64,000 bases of DNA. Source: Ptychomitrium polyphyllum (taxonomy: Eukaryota). Below, in pieces: positions 1 to 13,587 of the stretch; the first letter of the stretch is position 1, and each line of letters starts with the position of its first letter. The stretch is from contig OZ316775.1 of assembly GCA_973851085.1 (NCBI GenBank), forward strand, positions 19,654,001 through 19,718,000. Direction: 5' to 3'. Below the pieces are notes generated by a model. The model saw only the letters and a program-made list of their open reading frames with translations. It ran no database searches and had not been told where the DNA came from. The translations under genes were made by a program, and so were the position numbers.

Positions 1-988
1 AAACTAAAATTTCTAAAAATTCAAGATTATAAAATAAGTAGATACCTTGATTAAAATTTGTCAAATGGTTCTAGGTTTGAATTATTTTCAATATGCAATA
101 TTCTTTTGAAGGTTGTTTTAGCATTTTGACAAGAACCTTTCTTGTAATGTTTTCAAATCAAGTGTAGCATATCATTCATTATTGTAAATGATAGTTTTAA
201 GAGGTATATTTTAAAAGGTAGAATTGCATTTGAAGAAATAAAAGTCTACAATCTCAATCATTAATAAGGTGGGACAATCATTATAATGTGAAATAACTAA
301 AGCCCTCTTTTGTAAATATTGAACAAATTTCAACAAATCTTAATGGATAGGAAACAAAGTTTAGAAGTTTAATTGAATTTGAAATTTTCAAATTTAATTT
401 GCATTTTTTAATAAGAAAAATTTTAAGTGAATTTTGCAAAAGGTCAATAACCACTACTAAGTTAGTCTAATAATTACCTAAACAACAACTAGTAATTATC
501 ACTACACAATCATCCAAGTCTTATTTAATAACCACCATGCACTAAAGTCTAATGTATAACAACTGTTATGTGGATCTATGATGTTCATAAGTGATTCTTT
601 GTGTGCAATTTTAAACAACCAATATAGATTCTACTTATGTAGCAATTTGAAAATGCCTATCAACTCTTATGTAAATGCAATACATGACTACTGTTATTCA
701 TTAAAACACCTATGAGATACAACACCTCATTAATTTTAGTTTAGAAATTTTGAGAAAAAATCTACTTATTGCCAAATGAGCACCCTTTTAAATATTACAT
801 CTGAAATCTACAAAATAGATCACTCATATGCATCATAAGATTTTCAATGGCATATTTGGATATTTCCAAATTTTTCCATATACAAAATAAACATTGTACT
901 CAATATTATATTATATGATTAAATACTTCATACAAGTGTCTTGTTTCTGACAACATCCATAAATGTCAAAAAATCAATGAAAATCAAG

Positions 989-3900
989 CTAAAATAGTAT
1001 GGGATCCAAAAGTAGAATGGAATCCAAAAAAGTAGGATGGAATCCAAAAAAGCAGGATGGAGTCCAGAAAAACACAATGGAATCAAGAAAAGCAAGATGC
1101 GGTCCAGAAAAGCACGATGGGGTCAAGAAAAGCACGATGGGGTCAAGAAAAGCTGGATGGGGTCCAAAAAAGCACGATGGGGTCAAGAAAAGCACGATGG
1201 AGTCAAGAAAAGCTGGATGGGGTCCAAAAAAGCACGATGGGGTTTAGAAAAACACGATGGGGTCTAGAAAAGCAGGATGGGGTCCAGAAAAGCAGGATGG
1301 GGTCAAGAAAAGCAGGATGGGGTCCAAAAAAGCACGATGGGGTCCAAAAAAGCACGATGGGGTCCAGAAAAGTAGAATGGGATCAAGAAAAGCAGGATGG
1401 AGTCAAGAAAAGCAGGATGGGGTCAAGAAAAGCAGGATGGGGTCCAGAAAAGCACAATGGGGTCAAGAAAAGCACGATGGGGTCAAGAAAAGCACGATGG
1501 AGTCAAGAAAAGCAGGATGGGGTCCTGAAAAGCAGGATGGGATCAAGAAAAGCAGGATGGGGTCCTGAAAAGTAGGATGGGGTCAAGAAAAGCAGGATGG
1601 GGTCCAGAAAAGCACGATGGGGTCAAGAAAAGCAGGATGGGATCAAGAAAAGCAGGATGGGGTCAAGAAAAGCAGGATGGGGTCCAGAAAAGCACGATGG
1701 GGTCCAGAAAAGCAAAATGGGATCAAGAAAGGCAGGATCGGGTCAAGAAAAGCAGGATGGGGTCCTGAAAAGCAGGATGGGGTCCAGAAAAGCAAAATGG
1801 GATCAAGAAAAGCAGGATGGGGTCAAGAAAAGCAGGATGGGGTCCAGAAAAGCACGATGGGGTCCAGAAAAGCAAAATGGGATCAAGAAAGGCAGGATCG
1901 GGTCAAGAAAAGCAGGATGGGGTCCTGAAAAGCAGGATGGGGTCCAGAAAAGCAGGATGGGGTCCAGAAAAGCAAAATGGGATCAAGAAAAGCAGGATGG
2001 GGTCAAGAAAAGCAGAATGGGGTCAAGAAAAGCAGGATGGGGTCAAGAAAAGCAGGATGGGGTCCTGAAAAGCAGGATGAGGTCCTGAAAAGCAGGATGG
2101 GGTCCACAAAAGCACGATGGGGTCCAGAAAAGCTGGATGGGGTCCAGAAAAGCACGATGGGGTCCAGAAAAGCAGGATGGGGAATGGGATCAAGAAAAGC
2201 AGGATGGGGTCCACAAAAGCACGATGGAATCAAGAAAAGCAGGATGGGGTCAAGAAAAGCAGGATGGGGTCCAGAAAAGCACGATGGGGTCTTGAAAAGC
2301 TGGATGGAGTCCAGAAAAGCACGATGGGGTCAAGAAAAGCAGGATGGGGTCAAGAAAAGCAGGATGGGGTCAAGAAAAATAGGATGGGGTCAAGAAAAGC
2401 AGGATGGGGTCAAGAAAGGCAGGATGGGGTCAAGAAAAGCAGGATGTGGTTCAGAAAAGCAGGATGGGGTCCAGAAAAGCAGGATGGGGTCAAGAAAAGC
2501 AAAATGGGGTCAAGAAAAGCAGGATGGGGTCAAGAAAAGCACGATGGGGTCAAGAAAAGCACGATGGGGTCAAGAAAAGCACGATGGAGTCAAGAAAAGC
2601 AGGATGGGGTCAAGAAAAGCACGATGGGGTCAAGAAAAGCAGGATGGGGTCAAGAAAAGCAGGATGGGGTCAAGAAAAGCAGGATGGGGTCCAGAAAAGC
2701 AGGATGAGGTCAAGAAAAGCAGGATGGGGTCAAGAAAAGCAGGATGGGGTCAAGAAAAGCAGGATGGGGTCAAGAAAGGCAGGATGGGGTCAAGAAAAGC
2801 AGGATGGGGTCCTGAAAAGTACGATGGGGTCAAGAAAAGCACAATGGAGTCAAGAAAAGCTGGATGGGGTCCAAAAAAGCACGATGGGGTTTAGAAAAAC
2901 ACGATGGGGTCTAGAAAAGCAGGATGGGGTCCAGAAAAGCACAATGGGGTCAAGAAAAGCACGATGGGGTCAAGAAAAGCAGGATGGGGTCCAGAAAAGC
3001 ACAATGGGGTCAAGAAAAGCACGATGGGGTCAAGAAAAGCACGATGGAGTCAAGAAAAGCAGGATGGGGTCCTGAAAAGCAGGATGGGATCAAGAAAAGC
3101 AGGATGGGGTCCTGAAAAGTAGGATGGGGTCAAGAAAAGCAGGATGGGGTCCAGAAAAGCACGATGGGGTCCAGAAAAGCAAAATGGGATCAAGAAAAGC
3201 AGGATGGGGTCAAGAAAAGCAGGATGGGGTCCAGAAAAGCACGATGGGGTCCAGAAAAGCAAAATGGGATCAAGAAAGGCAGGATCGGGTCAAGAAAAGC
3301 AGGATGGGGTCCAGAAAAGCAGGATGGGGTCCAGAAAAGCAAAATGGGATCAGGAAAAGCAGGATGGGGTCAAGAAAAGCAGGATGGGGTCAAGAAAAGC
3401 AGGATGGGGTCAAGAAAAGCAGGATGGGGTCCTGAAAAGCAGGATGAGGTCCTGAAAAGCAGGATGGGGTCCACAAAAGCACGATGGGGTCCAGAAAAGC
3501 TGGATGAGGTCCAGAAAAGCACGATGGGGTCCAGAAAAGCAGGATGGGGAATGGGATCAAGAAAAGCAGGATGGGGTCCACAAAAGCACGATGGAATCAA
3601 GAAAAGCAGGATGGGGTCAAGAAAAGCAGGATGGGGTCCAGAAAAGCACGATGGGGTCTTGAAAAGCTGGATGGGGTCCAGAAAAGCACGATGGGGTCAA
3701 GAAAAGCAGGATGGGGTCAAGAAAAGCAGGATGGGGTCAAGAAAAATAGGATGGGGTCAAGAAAAGCAGGATGGGGTCAAGAAAGGCAGGATGGGGTCAA
3801 GAAAAGCAGGATGTGGTTCAGAAAAGCAGGATGGGGTTCAGAAAAGCAGGATGGGGTTCAGAAAAGCAGGATGGGGTCAAGAAAAGCAAAATGGGGTCAA

Positions 3901-5627
3901 GAAAAGCAGGATGGGGTCAAGAAAAGCACGATGGGGTCAAGAAAAGCACGATGGGGTCAAGAAAAGCACGATGGAGTCAAGAAAAGCAGGATGGGGTCAA
4001 GAAAAGCACGATGGGGTCAAGAAAAGCAGGATGGGGTCAAGAAAAGCAGGATGGGGTCAAGAAAAGCAGGATGGGGTCTAGAAAAGCAGGATGAGGTCAA
4101 GAAAAGCAGGATGAGGTCAAGAAAAGCAGGATGGGGTCAAGAAAAGCAGGATGGGGTCAAGAAAAGCAGGATGGGGTCTAGAAAAGCAGGATGAGGTCAA
4201 GAAAAGCAGGATGAGGTCAAGAAAAGCAGGATGGGGTCAAGAAAAGCAGGATGGGGTCAAGAAAGGCAGGATGGGGTCAAGGAAAGCAGGATGGGGTCCT
4301 GAAAAGTACGATGGGGTCAAGAAAAGCACAATGGAGTCAAGAAAAGCTGGATGGGGTCCAAAAAAGCACGATGGGGTTTAGAAAAACACGATGGGGTCTA
4401 GAAAAGCAGGATGGGGTCCAGAAAAGCACAATGGGGTCAAGAAAAGCACGATGGGGTCAAGAAAAGCAGGATGGGGTCCAGAAAAGCAGGATGGGATCAA
4501 GAAAAGCAGGATGGGGTCCTGAAAAGCAGGATGGGGTCAAGAAAAGCAGGATGGGGTCTTGAAAAGCAGGATGGGGTCAAGAAAAGCAGGATGGGGTCAA
4601 GAAAAGCAGGATGGGGTCAAGAAAAGCAGGATGGGGTCAAGAAAAGCAGGATGGGGTCAAGAAAAGCAGGATGGGGTCCAGAAAAGCACTATGGGGTCCA
4701 GAAAAGCTGGATGGGGTCCAGAAAAGCACGATGGGGTCCAGAAAAGCAGGATGGGGAATGGGATCAAGAAAAGCAGGATGGGGTCCACAAAAGCACGATG
4801 GAATCAAGAAAAGCAGGATGGGGTCAAGAAAAGCAGGATGGGGTCCAGAAAAGCACGATGGGGTCTTGAAAAGCTGGATGGGGTCCAGAAAAGCACGATG
4901 GGGTCAAGAAAAGCAGAATGGGGTCAAGAAAAGCAGGATGGGGTCAAGAAAAATAGGATGGGGTCAAGAAAAGCAGGATGGGGTCAAGAAAGGCAGGATG
5001 GGGTCAAGAAAAGCAGGATGTGGTTCAGAAAAGCAGGATGGGGTCCAGAAAAGCAGGATGGGGTCAAGAAAAGCAAAATGGGGTCAAGAAAAGCAGGATG
5101 GGGTCGAGAAAAGCACGATGGGGTCAAGAAAAGCACGATGGGGTCAAGAAAAGCAGGATGGGGTCAAGAAAAGCAGGATGGGGTCAAGAAAAGCAGGATG
5201 GGGTCCTGAAAAGCAGGATGTGGTCCTGAAAAGCAGGATGGGGTCCAGAAAAGCACGATGGGATCTTGAAAAGCTGGATGGGGTCCAGAAAAGTACGATG
5301 GGGTCCAGAAAAGCAGGATGGGGTCAAGAAAAGCAGGATGTGGTCCAGAAAAGCACGATGGGGTCCAGAAAAGCACGATGGGGTCAAGAAAAGCAGGATG
5401 GGGTCAAGAAAAGCAGGATGAGGTCAAGAAAAGCAGGATGGGGTCCAGAAAAGCACGATGGGGTCCAGAAAAGCACGATGGGGTCAAGAAAAGCAGGATG
5501 GGGTCAAGAAAAGCAGGATGGGGTCAAGAAAAGCAGGATGGGGTCAAGAAAAGCAGGATGGGGTCCTGAAAAGCAGGATGTGGTCCTGAAAAGCAGGATG
5601 GGGTCCAGAAAAGCACGATGGGGTCCA
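989..5627. repeat. 20-bp tandem satellite, consensus GGGGTCAAGAAAAGCAGGAT, about 230 units, degenerate at the left edge
   Basis: Period-20 repeat visible directly. Variants include CAA/CCA/CCT and GCAG/GCAC/GCTG. The many overlapping ORFs here are repeat artefacts. Confidence 0.97.
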
Positions 5628-6064
5628 AACGGGTGAAAAGGACTGCAAATGGTGCGAGGGTTCAAGGATTGGAGAAGCTGGCCGTGAGTCTCCAGTGGAA
5701 ACTGGGTGTTCTACCTTACGGGGTGCTGCATGAAGCATTCTGGGGCAGAGGCGCAACCATGACGGATAGCGCCTGCCTCCTCAGCTGCAGCTGCGGACAC
5801 GTCGTGCACTCGGCCCGTCGGCCAGTTGGCGCGAGCGTGGAATCAAAAGCGTGGAGTCCATTCCACGTGCGGTATTAGTGACTACAGTGCGCACGCACAT
5901 GCCTCTCCACCCACAAGGAGGAGCTGCTAGCTTCCCCGCAGCCAGACTCGTTTCGGTATTTCTAGCAGCTCTGCACTCGTAGCCGAGATCTAGGACAGCG
6001 GTTTAGAGCTGCCGATAGAGACGAGGTTAAACCTAGAGGCTTCGTGACTGCAGCGAAGTGAGCG

Positions 6065-6409
6065 ATGGGGAGTAGTAAGGATGAAAGGAAGGGAAATCTT
6101 GTGTTGAGCGCGGTTCTTGGAGCTGCAGGGCTGGCACTAGGCTGGGCAGCGCTGGAGATTGGCACTGGGGGCGTGCTGAAGCGTGGACGTGACGCCATAG
6201 ATCGGTCGTTTGAGCCGAAGGAGGTGGTCATGGAGGGTGACCAGGCGGTGCTCTTGGTTGAGGGAGTGGCGAATGAAGCTAAGGTGAAGGATCTAGACAC
6301 CAGGACGAAGTCGCAAATCGAGGAGGACGAGATCGTGGAGGCTCTGAATGAGGGCACCTATCACACTAAGAGGGACAAGGAGAGGGGGACCAGCAAGTGG
6401 CGGAGTTAG
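6065..6409 (+). CDS. Small single-pass membrane protein, chloroplast outer envelope protein 7 (OEP7)-like, 114 aa
   Basis: Hydrophobic AAGLALGWAALEI followed by basic VLKRGRDAIDRS resembles the OEP7 pattern ALGWLAIEI..FLDKFRSSIDKS (recalled). GC-rich coding-like island. Confidence 0.7.
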   Translation: MGSSKDERKGNLVLSAVLGAAGLALGWAALEIGTGGVLKRGRDAIDRSFEPKEVVMEGDQAVLLVEGVANEAKVKDLDTRTKSQIEEDEIVEALNEGTYHTKRDKERGTSKWRS

Positions 6410-7590
6410 GGTGATGGAAGCTTGGAAAGAGCCAAGCCTTCCCGGGTCGCAAGAGAGTGTTGCCGGAAGCGGATGGTGCGGATTGGAGTGAGCATTATGC
6501 ATGCCTGAGAATTCGTCAGGACTTGTATAGGTCGTATGAGAGGAGCTCACTTGTTGTATAGAATCACTTTTGATGTGATATTCCTATCATAGTAGTCTGA
6601 GATGGCTGTAGATGCAGTCAAAGTTGTACACCTTGAATTCAGGCCAACGTTAATATGGAAGTTTCTCTTTGGCAATCTTGTGCGCAATCTCGTGGAGGGT
6701 TAAGGGATTTGTTCTACGTGTAACTTGCATTGTTGTGCACTCTGGTTTTCCTGCTAATATGGTTTCACGTTCTGAGCATGTCTCTGCATTAGGTAGGTCT
6801 TTCAAGTGCATGAGAGGATAGCTGTCTAAAATGCAAACTTACAAAGCAGCGGTGGAGAAGAAATTCAGAATTGGGATTCATATCCATAGAGTGCATAACA
6901 TTGCGAGGGGGGTTGCAAGAGAAAGATTGCATTTAGAGTTCAATAGGGACTATATCACTAAGTTTCCTCCGATCTCTTCAATTCGACCTTGACTTTTTAT
7001 CCATACCGTCTGAGCCCGATGTTCTGCACGATAAGCCATAGATATTCTAATGGGTCTCATTTGTTTCCTCCTGAATATTCCGATTCCAAAGTCATTTACT
7101 CGTTACTCAATGTACATTTTCTTGAACTCTTGTGGCGGTGACTTCTGCTGAGCAATAAACATCTGTCCGCAAGTCCAATAGAATGTAGACAAAAGGATAC
7201 GTCAAAGTATGGAGCGGGAATCACGAACTACAAGGCTGCAGCTTGAAATACCAACAGCAGCGTAACGTAACCTCCATTTCCACTATTCATTCAAACGGTG
7301 TCCGGTTACAATATTTATATAACCGATTACAAATAGCCAGTTGGTGGTGCTAACTATTCGCCGCTGTATTTGTACCTAGAATTCATACGGGTAACGTGTT
7401 TATGGCCAACCCCTCATGTCTTACAGCCTGCTCCTCTCACAGAATGCTACCAACTCTTGCTACGTCCAATCTCATCGTTCTGTAGTTACAATAAACTAAT
7501 TTGCGAGATGAGATATTTCGTAACCTACTGTCCAGTTAGTAGCAGACATGATCTTTTTCCTTCGCAAGATTGAAGCTTTGTGAGGATTCT

Positions 7591-9317
7591 TTAGTAGGCG
7601 AACACGGAGGGAGGCAATCGAGACGAGGGAACAGCGCACAAGGGCACAGCCTCCTTGGCTGAGAGGCTGGCGCCTTCCGTCATGTCGGGATCCGTAGGCA
7701 CCGACCAGGAGAAGCAATGCAGCAGATTGGCGACGCCGGTCTCCACCAAGAGTACGCCCAACGGCATCCTCATGCACATGCACTGTCCCGACCCGAACGG
7801 CAAGAGGTCGAAGCCCTTCCCGGAGAAGTCAGTCTCCATATGAGGCCCCTCGTCGAGGAATCTTTCCGAGTTGAAGGTAAGAGGATTCTTTCACACAGTT
7901 GAGTCCCTCCCAATTGCCCACACATTGACGAGCAGCTGGGTTTTGCAGGGATGTCGTACCCGAAGGCCTCGCTGTCCGGGTTTGATTGGTGTGGGACGAG
8001 ATCGGGGATGATGGGGTGCAGTCGAAGCCTTCAGATACTTGAACTTCGAAACGTCGGATTCTTGCACCCTTCGCGTTTGCCCCAACACTGCATCGAGCTC
8101 TGCTTGCGATTTGTTTAGGTCATGTGGGTTGCGTAGAACTTCGGCCATGGTCGATTCGGATACGAGTGCAGATGTCTCCATTCCTGCTGCAAATGCCTCT
8201 TGGTGATTGCACCTGCCTGAGTGCTCTGTTTAATTTTTGCAGGGTGTTGAATTAGGGTTACGGTTTAAGCAACGGCTTGCCCAGATGATGCTCGTCACTA
8301 CTTGTTGGGTGATTTCTTGCCCGTTATTTCGTTCTATTTGGTTTAGGAGAGTATCAAGAAATCTTTCTCAGGTGGATTGAAGGTCTTGAAGCGGTCCTCG
8401 CGCTGGTGACGATGCTCTGCGATGATTTTCGTCAAGGAAGACTCCATGCGTGTTCGGAGATTCGTAAAGCGTCTGTGGAGGCCGGTGAGGTCGATCCACT
8501 TGAAGGCAGGAATGACCTCGCTCGGGTTATGCGTGCCATGAAGATGGCCGATCTCGTCTGTGATTTCAATGAAGTCTCGGAGTTTTTTCTCCTCGGCTTT
8601 GTCCATCCTACTCTGGTCTATGAATCTTTTGCCGATGATTAGTCATGGGAAAATGTTGGCAGTCATGGGCATCCAGGCAGGACTTCACGTGGACGACCTT
8701 GCCGCTTGAAATGCTGCGCACCATCTGTGCAATCTCTTCTGCTCCTATGGGTTCTGGTTCTTCGATTCGTCTCCCGCTTATGAGCTGCAAATGGAAAATC
8801 TTTCTCATCTGTCGTGACTCGGGTGCGATATCCGAGAATGAATATCTGGATTCAACCCTGCATGCACGATTACAATGAGGTATGTGTCATAATGTTCTTG
8901 AATTCCTCTGGGCAGGATTTTATGACTAATCCTGTGAACTGTACGTTATAGAAATGAACGAGGTTAGAAGTATTATTAACTGTACCCGTTGGGGAAAATG
9001 ATTTCAGATCCTCGCAGTAGAGGTTGGGAGAAGAAGTTAGAATTCTGAATTTTGAGAAATTCCATTGCATTTCAGACACTATAACCAGCTTCTGCTCCAC
9101 GTACAAGGACATCAGAGGTTTATACTTCGGAGCCATCTGTGCAAGACGTTCGTGTGGACGTTGGTCAAGTAGGTGCAGCAAGCCGATGATGGGAAGTCCA
9201 ATTGGTCCAGGAGTTAAGTTTGGGTCTGCTGATGACTACCATGAGCAAGTAGATTGCAAGCGTCGCGACAGCGTACTTCTGCAAAATAACAGTGGTGGCA
9301 AGCATCATCATTGTCAT
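7591..9317 (-). pseudogene. Cytochrome P450 (CYP71-clan-like) pseudogene
   Basis: N-terminal TM plus PGPIGLPIIG hinge, I-helix AAGMETSA, LVNVWAIGRD, FNSERF, and altered heme motif PFGSGQCMC. Spread across several frames with stops; ExxR motif not found. Confidence 0.85.
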
Positions 9318-12300
9318 TTCTTTATCAGTTTCTGGAAATATGTAACCAAATTGTGGGAGGATAGGAGCTTGTTGCATTCCCAGCAACTGGATTAGAAATA
9401 AAAGTGATTAGTGGGCAGACTCCAGAGTATCAACAATAGCCTAAAGATCACACAACTGAGAGGTTCTTGAGGCTACTATGAAGATGTGAAGATTTTGTCT
9501 TAGTTATCTGATGTGGTTATGCCGGACTTTAAGCATAGTACTTGCAACGAGTTTCCCGTGTTTCTAACGTTCGACAGCTCCACAATCGCAGAAAGAAATC
9601 TTCCTGATTTATATGTCAAGAATGTTTGAGCAAACCTAGAACAGATGTTTCATTGATCTAATGAGGATATCCAAGCACCTATCTGAGTCTTGTTACATGA
9701 GAGGCTGTTTAATGGAATTGATATTCTTCTAAATTCTAACTTGGCAGCATCATATTCCTACAGCAAACTTTAGGAGAAGCCAGTAGAAAATGAGGGAAAC
9801 TTACAAGTAAATCTGAATCGTCAACATGAGCAACTGCAACTTTCGATGCACCCATGTTTTTAGAAGCTCTAGTAACAACTCCAAGTCAGTAATTTTCTTC
9901 AAAAATCGCTTTCAATCATTACAAGCCTTGCTATGTGCTTGTGCAGCTGAGCAACAACCCTTCTGGCTATCCCAGCACAACTGATCCTCACACAAGCTGC
10001 AAAAGGGCTTTGGTGACCAAATGAATTAGAGCTTTTTCCTTTACGGTAGCTTTCTCTCATACGAAGAGTCAAAGGCAGTCGAAATTAAACGATAAAGAGT
10101 CGGACTGCGGACAGGATTTTAAAAAACACAGCAAACGTCAAGTGTTGGCCCCAGACATGATTGAAAACATACGGTAGCAAGTATCTTTCAACAATCCAAT
10201 TAAGTACCTCATGGCATAGTTTATTTGTACTAGTCCCTATCTCAGCAGTGACTAGTGCAAATAGTTGCACAGTAAAATATGCGGAATATGATCAACCATA
10301 CGACACACTTTGAATTCTGTCTCGTATAAATCCGACCTCATCTACTCCAATTTTGGTACAACACCATTTTTCAATTTCCGATTAAAAAGAAACTCAAAAC
10401 TCGGATTCAATAACCAAGAAACGACGACATTACCAATCAGTATCCCAGTCTCTTATGAACAAAAAACAGCAGAAGCAACCTAGAGAATGCTGCAGAAAAC
10501 TTTAAATAATGATCGTAAGCGTCAGAAGCTACAGTATGTAAAAGGGTTCTAAAATGAACTTCAATTTTTCGGGTATTTCTAGTATCTGGATTCTGTAGTA
10601 TAAAGTTTGGTCCCTTGAATGCGTAAACTCCTATCTAGTAGTGCTCGGTGTAGAGTAATATTGTGTAGTCTACGATATTAGGATTTAGAATTGTAACAGA
10701 GATGGATTATATTTCGTCCGGAGGAGCCAGTGTAATCATGCATATTGAGCACCTTGACGTGTTGAGAATATCATTTGCATCCAAAACGCTTTACAGTGAA
10801 ATTGGCTGGACATGATTTCTTCTATCAGTTATGGTGCTGTTGAACACATTCATAAGCCTTGATTCCATTGCCTACACGGCTTGCTGGTTTATTTTTGCCT
10901 ACTAGATTCAAATCTTTACTGTGTACATGTTTAAACTATGTATAGTAGAGATGTTTATTGTTTGTCACACGGTGCTGTTCCTGTACAATATATAACACTC
11001 CATATCAATTCATCTAGCAATATTTCTAATAGTATTCTATTCAAGAAGTAAACCCCTATGTATATGTATATAGTTATACATTGTTGATTGATATGGCTTA
11101 TAAGTAAGAAACACAAGATATTTCATTCTGATATAAATGGATACCCATTGTCTCTTGAAGTTAAGCAGGTGGAAGTGAGTAAGATGGATGGCTATTTGAA
11201 CTACTATTTGATTTTATTATTGCTAATTGTGTTTATAGAAACATGAGGAGAAGGCTGAGTACTTTGTAGGAATAGTCAACATGGTTATTGTGCAGCTACG
11301 CATACCATCATGGCTTGTTGCTGGAACTTGTCACCTTGGACTTGTTGCAATTAGTCAGGTTTTCTTCTCAATGTTCAGCTTACATTTCACCCCACTGTTA
11401 ATCCACCCCATGGTAACTCCAATATGGTTGAAAAACTCCACAGTATCTTAAGACTGCACACAGGAACATTGCCACTACATGCCATTTACTTAGGCATGCC
11501 ATAGCTAAGTTTAGGGAGGGATGATATGGCCATCATAAAAGTCTGGTTCTAGCTGTCAGAGACTAAATTAATTTTGCCAACTTCTTCAAAAGTTGTTGTC
11601 CCACTTCAAGCTGAGAACAAGAGTTTTAAAAATGATAGTATTGAGGGTAAAAGTTTTAGAAATGGTAGTATCAAGGGTAATATCAAACAAGAGAAAGTAG
11701 GTCATCTTGCAACTAATCTTAACTTGCTCCTACTTCTATTAACAAGCACTTAACATAGGAAAAATGTTGAAAGACATGAAAGGATCAAAGACCATACTAA
11801 GGTTTCTACAAATGAAGCAAAAGTATCAATTTTGATAAAGACAAAGTTTATAGATACCATTTTGCATGAATACAAGGTTCTTTTGTTGTGAAGTAAGAAT
11901 TTGTTGTTGTAGTCAAGTCTTCCCATCTAACTTAAATATTTGTTTCAACAAAATGCTTCAAATTTATTCTATTAATATTTTTTTGATTTAATTTTCTATA
12001 GTTTCTATTTTAGCAAGTAGCAAAATTAACAAATGTTCATCAATACAAATTCTTCAATATAATGCCTACTCCAATGCCAACTCAAATGCCTCAACACTCC
12101 ATGTCCTACTTCTTAAATCTTCATCACTTTTAGATCCTTCAATTAAAAAGAAATCATTAAGAAAATTCAAAAGGAAGCCACCAACATCCACCTACTTGAA
12201 AAGTCAATAGTATGCCATCCACTTAGATGTTCTTTAATTATTCACCTTCTTCCACATAATTCATAATACTAAGTCTTTCTCATCAACACAATCAACATTT

Positions 12301-12843
12301 AAATTTATATAACAATATTCTAACATTGATTTTGTTGCATATTTGAAAAAAACAAAATAAATATAGAAATGCCTACAATATAACCAGAAAGTGGTCTACA
12401 TTACAATAGCATGGAAGTCCAAAACTAAATAAATTCCTTGCATAAGCACTTAGTAACATCAAATTGATGATTGCAAGAACAACTAAAGGCCATTCCAACC
12501 TTGTTTCATGGCCAACTAATTCTTAGCTATTATGAAATAGTATTTAAAAAGAGTGTGAAAAAATTAAAGAAATGATAAAGTTCATTTAGAATTTGGTAAT
12601 AAAGAGATGCAAGCAATTGAAAAGTGTTATAGTATAATAAAAAGATAGTATTAAAAAAATTGCTAATGGAAGGGTATCACATACTAGCAATGTTTTTATA
12701 AACCTTGCAAAGCACTATAAGAGGCAAGACATACCAAAACTAGTCCTTCTATTATAAGTTTACCCATTCCATATGCTTCATTTTGAATTTGTTCCAAATG
12801 CAATACACATGCTAGAAGTACTCAAACAAATTGTTCATATACA

Positions 12844-12917
12844 AGCATTCATCCGCTTGAGGTACCAGCATTCATCCGCTTGAGGTACCAGCATTCATCC
12901 GCTTGAGGTACCAGCAT
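12844..12917. repeat. 23-bp perfect tandem repeat x3 (AGCATTCATCCGCTTGAGGTACC)
   Basis: Three identical adjacent units plus a partial fourth. Confidence 0.95.
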
Positions 12918-12978
12918 ATGCATAAGTTCGCCTGAGCCAACCAGATCTAGCATAGTAAATCAGTCAGAATGCAGAAGG

Positions 12979-13097
12979 TACCGACATTAGTAAGTCGGAA
13001 GTCAGATTGGTCGGTGACACCGTGTCACCGACCTGTGAAACCCCGGGCCTCCTGGGTCGGTACGCAACCTTCGGAATCCGGAGCCTGGCGAACCGAC
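12979..13097. promoter_or_regulatory. Cluster of DRE/CRT (CCGAC) elements
   Basis: TACCGACAT 12979-12987, GTCGG 12994, GTCGGT 13010, ACCGAC 13027, GTCGGTA 13056, ACCGAC 13092. Confidence 0.6.
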
Positions 13098-13413
13098 GAA
13101 ACATAGAGTACACCTTTAGTTGGCATACTGTAACACTTACTGTACGTACGATTTTATGCTAGTTCAACTATTACGAGAATACGCATAAAAGTTTACTGAC
13201 AGTGTATATATCCCTAACATCACTGCAGTAGGTCTCACCACGATCGATTAGATTACATAATAATTCGTATTTGATTCTACCGAGTCCCCAAATCCGCTGC
13301 AAAGTGAAGCCCGAATCTTGTCTTTACCGCTTGAAACGGCACCCCACGCGCTGATTGTCTACTGTTCCTCGCTCCCTGTAACCACTGCAGCGTCTAACGC
13401 CGCTGATCGACGT

Positions 13414-13421
13414 TATATAAA
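13414..13421 (+). promoter_or_regulatory. TATA box of the hydrophilin-like gene
   Basis: TATATAAA followed by a pyrimidine-rich leader, about 170 bp upstream of ATG 13588. Confidence 0.6.
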
Positions 13422-13587
13422 CGGCGCTTGCTCCCTCAATCCTCACATTCATTTTCTTCTATCGATCCTCACGAGCAATCATCTGGTTTAGCATTCTTGC
13501 AATCATCTTGCTGACTAGTTATTCACCTTTGCGCTCATCGATCAGGAGCTCACAGCTTTTGTGTTTCGCTTACAGCTCTCCATCGCC

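Noticed and set aside
989..5627. Possible CRISPR array or telomere
   Set aside because: No unique spacers, eukaryotic context, and not TTTAGGG.
989..5636. Dozens of overlapping ORFs up to 341 aa (MGSRKAGWG...)
   Set aside because: Artefact of a stop-poor 20-bp repeat; all three frames give the same peptide.
11500..12800. Possible decayed DNA-transposon coding remnant
   Set aside because: No identifiable transposase motif or termini by eye.
12844..12917. 23-bp direct repeats as a CRISPR-like array
   Set aside because: Units are directly adjacent with no spacers.
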